Positions 1 through 8,800 of a DNA stretch of 64,000 bases are shown in pieces. Each line of letters starts with the position of its first letter. Positions within the stretch are counted from its first letter, which is position 1. Made by a program: the position numbers and the translations under genes. The stretch is taken from NCBI RefSeq assembly GCF_963674925.2, contig NZ_CAXXRE010000003.1, positions 2,047,199-2,111,198 of the forward strand, read 5' to 3'. The stretch comes from an uncultured Draconibacterium sp. (GTDB lineage: Bacteria > Bacteroidota > Bacteroidia > Bacteroidales > Prolixibacteraceae). A model generated the notes under the pieces. It was not told where the DNA came from, did not search any database, and saw nothing but the letters and a program-made list of their open reading frames with translations.

Positions 1-251
1 CCGTCGCCGCCCGTACCAACAATATCGATTGCATTGTAATCCGACAGATCAACTTTTTTACTGAGTTCCACCATTGCATCGCGAAAACCACCCAATTCTT
101 CCGACTGCAAAGGGCGCATTTTAAAAACGGTAAGGAATGCGGCAAATTCAGCTTCAGAATAGAGGCCTTTTCCAACTCCGGTTAAGGCAGCTTTTGCTTC
201 TTCGCGCGTGAGGGTGTTTCCTTCAAATAGGTATTGTAATGTTTCTTTCAT
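1..251 (-). CDS. trpD: Anthranilate phosphoribosyltransferase, 5' part (runs off window start)
   Basis: Hand translation from ATG at 251: MKETLQYLFEGNTLTREEAKAAL...AAFLTVFKMRPLQSEELGGFRDAM...IDIVGTGGD (GTGGD PRPP-binding motif); follows trpG. Confidence 0.92.
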   Translation of the reverse strand, partial: MKETLQYLFEGNTLTREEAKAALTGVGKGLYSEAEFAAFLTVFKMRPLQSEELGGFRDAMVELSKKVDLSDYNAIDIVGTGGD

Positions 252-265
252 ATCTAAGTAATTAG

Positions 266-349
266 TATTGAGATTTGAGTAGTGAGTATTGACTCAATTA
301 GTTATGCGAGATTTGTTTTAAGCCGGATCTCATTTCTCACTACTTTGTA
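266..349. repeat. Short heptamer tandem repeats with inverted partner copies (trpG-trpD spacer)
   Basis: tattgag/atttgag/tagtgag/tattgac at 266-293; inverted ctcattt/ctcacta at 329-342. Confidence 0.4.
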
Positions 350-924
350 CTATTATCTGAATTCAACCAGTTTTCGATCATTTTTTCGCCCAGTGGAGTA
401 AGTACCGATTCCGGATGGAACTGTACACTTTGCACGTCGTATTCTTTGTGCTGCATCGACATTACCAGACCGTCTTCATCGTAGCTGGTAACTTCAAAAC
501 ATTCCGGTAACTGCTCTTTCTGAACGATCCACGAGTGGTAGCGGCCCACATCGAATGATTCGGGTAATCCTTCAAATAACTGCGATTTAATTCCGGTTTG
601 TTTTACGGGCGTGGCAATTCCGTGCAAAACGCGGTTCATGTTGTGTAGTTTGCCACCAAAAGCTTCGCCAATCGCCTGGTGCCCCAGACAAACACCCAGC
701 ATACTTTTCTTTGGTGCGTAGGCTTTTATAATGTCGAGTAAAAGACCTGCTTCTTCAGGAATACCGGGACCCGGAGAAAGTACTATTTTGTCATATTTAT
801 CAATCTCATCCAACGCAATCTGATCGTTGCGATACACATCAACCGGCTGGCCGGAAATTTTTTTTATGGCATGTACCAGGTTGTAGGTAAATGAGTCGTA
901 ATTATCGATAACTAATATCTTCAT
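340..924 (-). CDS. trpG: Anthranilate synthase component II (class I glutamine amidotransferase)
   Basis: IDNYDSFTYNL, LSPGPG, GVCLGHQ, QFHPES motifs; lies between trpE and trpD. Confidence 0.95.
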   Translation of the reverse strand: MKILVIDNYDSFTYNLVHAIKKISGQPVDVYRNDQIALDEIDKYDKIVLSPGPGIPEEAGLLLDIIKAYAPKKSMLGVCLGHQAIGEAFGGKLHNMNRVLHGIATPVKQTGIKSQLFEGLPESFDVGRYHSWIVQKEQLPECFEVTSYDEDGLVMSMQHKEYDVQSVQFHPESVLTPLGEKMIENWLNSDNSTK

Positions 925-940
925 TTTTTTTCAAATTAGT

Positions 941-1013
941 TGTCATTTCGAACAAAGTGAGAAATCTGTCTCTTGAAGTCAAAGATTTCTCCTCGTTCCT
1001 CGTCGAAATGACA
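941..1013. repeat. Palindromic REP-like doublet (TGTCATTTCGA...TCGAAATGACA)
   Basis: tgtcatttcga 941-951 / tcgaaatgaca 1003-1013 and gagaaatct 959-967 / agatttctc 983-991 are inverted repeats; resembles CGTC/TGTC-tagged REP families. Confidence 0.7.
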
Positions 1014-1018
1014 GTTGG

Positions 1019-2428
1019 TTAATTAATTCCTTTAGCCATTTCAATAGCCTTTTTCAAGGCAGCCAGTTTGTTATTCACTTCCTGCAGTTCACTTTCTTCT
1101 TGCGAGTCGGCTACAATTCCGGCACCTGCCTGGTAAAAAAGTTTTTTGTCTTTGCTCAAAAACGAGCGAATCATAATCGCATGGTTCACCGAATTATCAA
1201 AACCAAGATAACCAATACATCCCCCGTAGTAACCACGGTTCTGGTTTTCGTATTTGTCGATCAGTTCCATGGCTTTATACTTTGGTGCACCGGAAAGTGT
1301 TCCGGCGGGGAAAGTTTCTCCCAGTACTTTTATCAGGTTGGTATCGCTGGTGATTTCTCCTGAAACCTGTGAAACCAGGTGAATTACATGCGAGAAGAAT
1401 TGTACCTCGCGGTAAGTTTCCACAATTACATTATTGGCATTTCTGCTCAAATCGTTACGGGCAAGGTCTACCAACATCACGTGCTCGGCATTCTCTTTAG
1501 GATCTTTGCTCAGCTTTTCAGCCAGCTCACGATCCTGGTCATCATTTCCGGTTCGTTTAAACGTTCCGGCAATCGGGTGGATGTATGCTTTATTGTCTTT
1601 AATTCTGATTTCAGCTTCCGGGCTTGAACCAAAAATACTGTAAGTGCCGTAGTCGAAATAGAACAGGTAAGGTGATGGATTTATCGAACGAAGTGCCCGG
1701 TAAACATTAAAATCGTCGCCAACAAATTCCTGCGAGAACTGGCGGCTCAAAACAATCTGAAAAACATCGCCACGGTAACAGTGCTCTTTGCCTTTGGTTA
1801 CCATGTGCTTGTATTCTTCGTCGGTGATATTCGATTTTTCTTCGCCACGCACATCGAAACTTGCTGTTGAAAAATTCAAATTCACCAACAAGTGATGAAC
1901 GTAATCCATTTGCGACTCTTCACCTTCCAAAAGGTTCTCCACAATATGGATTTGGTTTTTGTGGTGATCGATGGCAACCACATACTTATAAAAGCTGTAG
2001 TGTACTTCCGGTGTTTGATATTCTTCAGTTTTTGGCGACGAAAAACGGATGCTTTCGAAATGTTGGATGGCATCGAAATTCAGGTAACCAAATAAACCGT
2101 TGGCCGGCAATTCTATTTCATCCGAATCAACATTAAATGTTTTGAAAAACTTGTCCAGTTCATCATGCAACTTCTTTTCGGGCGAAAGACTAAAATTTTC
2201 CTGCGCTCTGCCCGGCAAATCGATTCCAACCTCGCCGTTAGTGACTTTAAAATTGGCAATTGGGTTAAAAGCGATGAACGAGTAAGCGTTTTCAACTCCG
2301 TGGTAATCGGAGCTCTCCAGCAATATCGACTTAGGATATAGCGTGCGAAGTCGTAAATAAATGCTAACCGGAGTTACGGTGTCGGCAAGTATTTTACGAA
2401 CGACAGGTTTAAAATTGAGTTTTTCCAT
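1019..2428 (-). CDS. trpE: Anthranilate synthase component I
   Basis: LLES, GDVFQIVLS, PSPYLF, GSSPE, KENAEHVMLVDLARND, FPAGTLSGAPK, QAGAGIV motifs. Confidence 0.97.
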   Translation of the reverse strand: MEKLNFKPVVRKILADTVTPVSIYLRLRTLYPKSILLESSDYHGVENAYSFIAFNPIANFKVTNGEVGIDLPGRAQENFSLSPEKKLHDELDKFFKTFNVDSDEIELPANGLFGYLNFDAIQHFESIRFSSPKTEEYQTPEVHYSFYKYVVAIDHHKNQIHIVENLLEGEESQMDYVHHLLVNLNFSTASFDVRGEEKSNITDEEYKHMVTKGKEHCYRGDVFQIVLSRQFSQEFVGDDFNVYRALRSINPSPYLFYFDYGTYSIFGSSPEAEIRIKDNKAYIHPIAGTFKRTGNDDQDRELAEKLSKDPKENAEHVMLVDLARNDLSRNANNVIVETYREVQFFSHVIHLVSQVSGEITSDTNLIKVLGETFPAGTLSGAPKYKAMELIDKYENQNRGYYGGCIGYLGFDNSVNHAIMIRSFLSKDKKLFYQAGAGIVADSQEESELQEVNNKLAALKKAIEMAKGIN

Positions 2429-2498
2429 TTTGTTTTTTATGTTTTGTTCTTTGTTTTTATTTCTATTCTAAAAATGCTGTAAGCAAGGTGTTTAAACG

Positions 2499-2530
2499 AA
2501 AAACGGCTCACCGTGAAATCCGATGAGCCG
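2499..2530 (-). terminator. Attenuator terminator 2 (proximal to trpE)
   Basis: Minus strand CGGCTCATCG-GATTTCA-CGGTGAGCCG followed by TTTTT. Confidence 0.85.
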
Positions 2531-2561
2531 CTTTAAGTTTATGCAATGACGTATCCTCTCT

Positions 2562-2618
2562 TCACGATATTTGTAAAAAGTTGCTACGCCACCACCAAAT
2601 GTTATTGTTTGTTCTCAT
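2562..2618 (-). CDS. trpL: trp leader peptide 2: MRTNNNIWWWRSNFLQIS
   Basis: Hand-translated 18-aa ORF with three consecutive TGG codons directly upstream of an intrinsic terminator and trpE. Confidence 0.85.
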   Translation of the reverse strand: MRTNNNIWWWRSNFLQIS

Positions 2619-2637
2619 AATATTTAATCTTTTGCAT

Positions 2638-2665
2638 AAAAAAACCTGCTTTTGTTAGAAGCAGG
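2638..2665 (-). terminator. Attenuator terminator 1 (distal)
   Basis: Minus strand CCTGCTT-CTAACAA-AAGCAGG followed by T7. Confidence 0.85.
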
Positions 2666-2710
2666 CCTGTCATATCTTTAAAAATAGCAATATGGCTCTT
2701 AACTCCTAAC

Positions 2711-2761
2711 TTACGTAAGAAGACCCCACCACGGAAGCCATATTGTATTTATTTTTTGCAT
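2711..2761 (-). CDS. trpL: trp leader peptide 1: MQKINTIWLPWWGLLT
   Basis: Hand-translated 16-aa ORF with three Trp codons (W8, W11, W12) followed by alternative hairpins and a terminator. Confidence 0.8.
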   Translation of the reverse strand: MQKINTIWLPWWGLLT

Positions 2762-2867
2762 TTTTCTAATCTTAATCTTCTGCAAGAAAAACGTTTTTTT
2801 TGAAATATCAAAATATTGTTGGCAGAAGCTTCAAAAAACTATTTCTCAAATAAAGTTGGTTTAACAA

Positions 2868-5800
2868 TTAGTTCGCCAGTGTGAAACGGAAACTTACTCC
2901 AAAATTCGCATTGGTTGTACGGTACGATAGCGAGGTAAACGGATCGTTAATAATACGATCGTAGTATACACGCATTTCAAATTTATCACTCAAGCGGTAG
3001 TCGGCATAGGTTTTTAAGGTAAAGTTACCTTGTCCTGCTGTAATCTGGTTGCTGTCATCGTCCAACTGGCGTAAAAGTGTTTTTGTTTTACGGTACGAAA
3101 TATCAGCACGAACATTTAAATCATTCGAGTAAGCCTGTTGCGAATTTTTTGTTTTAATGATCAAATCCATTCGTGTAAATCGATAGCCTAATCCAAAAGT
3201 ATATTCGTTGCTCAGTATCTCGGTAAGCTGGTTATTCGATAACGACAGGTTCAGGTTACGAGCACGTTTGATCTCTCCGCGTGTAGTCAGGTCGCTAAGC
3301 CACATGATGTCGATATTGATCAGCGGATTGAAAGCTTCAACGATACTTACCGTATTAAAATCGTACGCAGGAACAAAGTTATCGGCCAGGTCGCGCACCA
3401 TGGTGTAGCCATCTTCGGCAGCAATAAAATTCAGGTTGGTAGCATACGAGCCAACGTTGTAAGTTGAACGGTAGGTATGTTGGAAATTCATCGAACGCAT
3501 TACCTTATTCAGCCCCGGAATACGCGATACCATTCCTTCGTAACGAATGCTCCAGTTTGGCCGCATATATTTTAATGACGGGAACAAGCCCAGTGAAACA
3601 TCTTCAGGACTTTTATTTTGATAAGCTGCCAGGAATGCCGGAACAAGAACTTCAACCGAGTTTGGCCCGTAACCATCAGGATACCCCGGATAGTTTTCGT
3701 TTGGAGCAGATGGATCATAACCAGCACTTGTTCCACGCTGTTGTGCCAAACGGTGAGCAATTACACGGCGGTATTCTTTCATATTTTCGAAGGCATCGGA
3801 GCTGGTTACTTCTTCTTTTCCTATTTTAAAGAAGGCTGTTCCTAATGTTAGTGTCGACATACTAAAGTTTCCGCTTTCCGAGTAACTGTTGGCTACAAAA
3901 CTACCTGAGTTTGTATCGTAATTGTAGAATTCAGTAATATTTTTCGATATCGAGCGGTTCGCATTGATGTCAATACGCAAATCGGGGAGAGGTTCCCACA
4001 AGGTTCGCAAATTAATCCGCTCGTTTTCCATAATCTGGAAAGGTTGATTTAATGTTGAATCGATGGTCAGCCAGCCGTTCTCTGCAGCTTTTATCGCAAA
4101 GTTGCGGTCTTGCCAGCCAAACAGGAATGGAAGTCCCGGAGCCAGTTTCGGATCGGGTGTTTCTGTTCCCCATTGCGGATCGCCACTAAATTTACCGGTT
4201 CCAAACAACGTTGGTTCAGGCAGGAAGCCCGGCAAAACAGTACCTCCGTTTTTGCTGTAGTTTACAGTGAAGGTGCGGATTCCAATTACCATTCTTGTCG
4301 TTAAATCCAACATGTCTTTTGCGAACGTCTGATCGCCGCGTTTTCCGGTAACAGTAAGCATTGCCTGTTGCACGTCAACCGATGGAACAAATTCGATGGT
4401 ATTGGCATCAATAATATTTGTTTTTCCCGGAACCGTTTTGCCGTCGACATCGGTTACCAGAACTTTTATCTTTTTGGTATTTAGCTTGTGGGCAAATTTT
4501 TGGCCCTGGTCGGCTGTAAATTTGGCACTTCTGCTAAATGTCTCTTCCTGTTTTCGTTGCAGTGGTTCGGCTTGCTGGTTTGCTCCTCCTCTTGTACTCC
4601 GGCTGTTGAGGCTGCCACGCCCACGTCCTGTTCGCCTGAATTTTTGGTCAACCTCTTTAAAATAAGGCACCTTGTTAAACAGGGTTTGGAAGTTGGCGTT
4701 ACCGGTAAGTGTAAGGTTGCGCGAGTTGGTTATTATATTTCCAATGTTAATGTCGTCGTTGGTTAACGATCCGGCAGCCCATTCATAGGTTCCCGAGTAG
4801 CGAACGGTTCCGCTCATAAAATTCAATGCTTTAATACTTCGGAGCGGCACCTGGTAAGTGGCATTAAAACTGTGGTTGTAAATGGTTGGTCGCCCTAAAT
4901 TCCAAAGATTTGTAAGAATCGAGTCGCGTTTCCATTCATAATCGTCGTCGTTTTTATTAATCCGGCCTTCGGGTTCATCAATTCGTGAGGTTCCGCGTGA
5001 TGAGAAATCGACTTTCAGCGAACGGGTAACATCATAGCGAATATCGAGGTAACGGTTCCACAGGAAATCCTTGTCAAAAGTAGACGGCAGAATCAGGTTT
5101 GGATTGGTAATATTCCTGGAGTGACGCTCGTGGTACTTACGGAAGAGGTCGGTACGATACGAAATTTGTGTTGGCAGCGGATAAAAGTTAAAGTCGCCAA
5201 TTAATTTTAAAGGCCCTTTTTGCAGCAACTGAACTTTGCTGAACGGCTGAATCAATTTTGGCCGGTTGCTGTAATTGTACGAGAACATAAAACGGTGTGT
5301 TCTGTTCACGTTGTACTCTGTTGTAATGTTACGTTTCGAAGTTTCGTTGTACGAATAGGTAACGGCAAAGTTTTCCGGATCCCACAAATGTGTTTTCTCT
5401 TTTTGGCGCTGTGGCTCCACTTTCACGTTGGTAAAGTTGAGGCTTTTTCGCTCAATTACATCTTGCGATATATTTTTTATCGAATCCTTCTCGCTGCTGG
5501 TTCGTGCGTGAGACAGCGATTCTTTTAACTCAATATCCGGATTTATCGGATCGTATTTTGGTGTTGCTGTACTGTTGGAGTAGCCATAGTACATCGGAAT
5601 ACGCACACCGGCTCTTTCAGGGAAGAAACGTCCCCAGTCGATAGATGCCGACACATCGATTTCATCCAGATCGTCGATCATCCTGTTGTTAATATTTTCA
5701 TCAATACTTCCGAAACCCGCAGTGCGTTTACGACCGGCAACGACCACGCTACCCAAATCGGCCAAACGTGTTGAAACACGTGCGTTAGCCGCCCAGCCAC

Positions 5801-8800
5801 CTTCGTCATCAAAATCGGTAAGGCGTAATTCGTTGGCCCAAACAATTACCGATTTCGGCCCCGTGTTTACCTGTCCTCTTTTGTTGCGAACACCCATCAT
5901 CATTACCTCAACATTTCCCAGGTTCGGGCTTCCTTTTACTTTTACCCGGTTTTTACCGTCGTTCCATCCCTTGTGCGAACCTTCAAAAATGTCCTGCATC
6001 GAAATGCCTGAGCCTTCCACTCTCATGGCATCGTTACGTTCCAGTTTCAGGTTGGTAAACAGTTCGAGCGGAATATTTATCCGGTTTTGGTCGGGCCAAA
6101 CGATATAACGGTCGCTTTCAATATCTCCATTATAATTTCCTTCCGGAGTAAGCGTCAATGGTACTTCGTATTCGTAATAGTTATAATTGTAATCCGAACC
6201 CAAACGTATAAAGAAATACAGTTCATCGTTTTCCAGCGGATATTCTTCAATTTCTTCGGCGTGCACATCCATTTTCAGGGTTTTGTACCTTCTGAAATCC
6301 ATGTACAACGGTTTGTATGCCGCACGTGCGTCGCCTGTTTCCAGCTGGGTTACTTTCATTTCAATCGACTGCTCGTTTAGCTGGCGTAGCTGTGGATTGG
6401 CAGGGTCGATTACCCTTGATACTCCCGGAGGCAAAATGTAGTTCACCGGGGAGCGGCCTGAATTTTCCTCGATACTTACTGCCGAAATATCGAATTGTGC
6501 ATCTGTTGAAGGAATTCCACCATCCTCCAGAATATCGCCGGTGTAACGACGCCAATCGGCACGAACAAGGTCGAGTGTGGCAAAACGCATAACGGCAGAA
6601 TCCTGAAACCCGTGTAAGAACATTCTCATAAAGCGAATGGAACTAAAATCGTTGATACCTCCGATTACTGCATCAGGTTTAGTTACCGGAATCTTAAACT
6701 GATACCAGGCAGCTTCTCCTGTTTTGCCATTTTTTAACTGAACCGGCCGGCTTCTTTTATCAACAATGTAATTCCTTCCAACAACCATATCCTCCTTTTT
6801 AATACTAACCTTGTATTGAAAATAGCGTTCGTATTCATTCAGCGTATTGTCATCGTTAATATCTTCAATATCAGGCAGTGTGGTTGCCGAAGTAGGATAG
6901 CTTTCAGGCGACATTTCCGTAGTTGGCGAGTTGCCTTCGGGGCCGTTGTATTGTTTGTAACGTGCTAAAATGCTTACTTGATCTCTGTCGTAATCAGATC
7001 CACGGAAATAGTGGAAGTTATCTGATGATGGATCGTCCAATGCTTTCAGGTAAACCTCGTTATTTACTTTTAGTTCCAGTTCCTGCAGGTATTGCTGGAA
7101 GTGAGTCTGTTCATCGTCATCATTCAAGCCGTCAAAACCAATATCCTGGTATTCGCGCGAATTTACCGTGTTATCAAAAGCATTTACCAGCGATTGTTGT
7201 GTTGATACACGTCCCCAAATGGTGGTGTCGACATTCGTTGGTTCGGCAGTTGTAGGTAATCCGTTCTCAAATGATTTCCGCGAGTCTTTTAATACATCTT
7301 CCGAAATTTCTCCAAGGTTGAAATACAGTTCTCCTTCATTTTCCATCGGTTCAAGTGGCCCCCAATCATCATCAGGGTCAACATATGGGTCCATCATCCA
7401 GAATTCGATGTATTCGATGTTGGCATTTTCAAAGTCGCTGGTTTGTATTTCGCGCATAATACCCCCCCAGCGCGACTCCGGATCGCGTAAAGTACCATCG
7501 GGGTTTACACCTGCCGCATTACTGGAGTTACCTGTGTCGTAATTGTACGGACCACGCTCTTTCGGATAAAAAGCCAGGTCGAGCACTGCAATGTTTGTTG
7601 GCTCGCCGGTTGTAAATTCACGTTCCGGAAATATCTCTTGTTCGAACACCTCGCGCACCAGGTGGTTCGATTGTAAATCCCGGTCATTTTTTATATAATC
7701 GGGAGTAAGCGAATTGTTTCTCAAAAACAAGGGGTCGATGTTATACCATGCCAACTTTGCACGGTTCATACCATACTCGAGCGAGTTGCTCAGGTTGGCT
7801 TCCGGAAACATATTGTTTTGGTTCTGCGGTGTACTTGCCAGCATCCATGCTGAACGGGTTCGCATATCGATGGCTGTTTTTGTCGACTCAAAATCATCAA
7901 TATAAACAGCTCCGTTAATCGATTTTGAACTTCCCGGAATCAGTTGGGCAAATTCTGCCTCAACATCAATTGATGAAGTGGCGGTTGTACTATAAAACGG
8001 CAGTGCGTCTAATGCTTTGGTGATAAAAGGCGCTTCGGTGTTGTAGCGGGCATCCATTCCGTATATCATGTTCGAAATCGGATCTTCGCCATAATCCACT
8101 TTTTCAGTTAAAGGGCGTTCGTTCATCCACAACATGGTTGCTCCAATATTAAAATTATCGGAGAAAGCATAGTTGGCATGTGTTCCCATCAGGGTTTTGC
8201 GCTGCATGGTAAACAGGTCCTCGCTTTCGGTTGCAACCTGAATCGGCGTTCCGGCTTCCAACAGTGCCTGGTTAATAATTTTTACCCGGCCAAGCGTGTA
8301 GTCAACCGTATAATCGACATTTTCGGTAAGCACTTGTCCGCCGGCTGTAACCGTAACCGAACCTTGCGTAAGGTTTAAAGTACCCAGCGCAATGTCGGAA
8401 CTTGACGAACCTTTGTAACTACCGGTAAGCCTGAATTTATTGTGCTCGGCATCCTGTTCTGCTTTTACCTGGGTAGAATCGTACAGCGTTTGGAAAGTGA
8501 ATCGCTCAATGTCGGACGGATTTTGAAGTGAATCGGCCAGGTGACTGCCAAATGGTTCAACCACCGGGAAAATAATACGTCCCGAGTTGGAGTTAACCGT
8601 AATGCCTTCAACATAGTCGAACACCCCGTCTTTTGTTGGGTCGAGCTGCGAATTGAGCATATCCAGCCGCATTACCTCCAAAAGAATATGTCCCTGGATT
8701 CGCGATGCGGGCAGATAATTGATATAGGTTCCCGTAGAGTCGTTTTGGTATACCACATTTAATTCAAAATCGTCGCTGCTTAACTGGTAGGCATTCAGAT

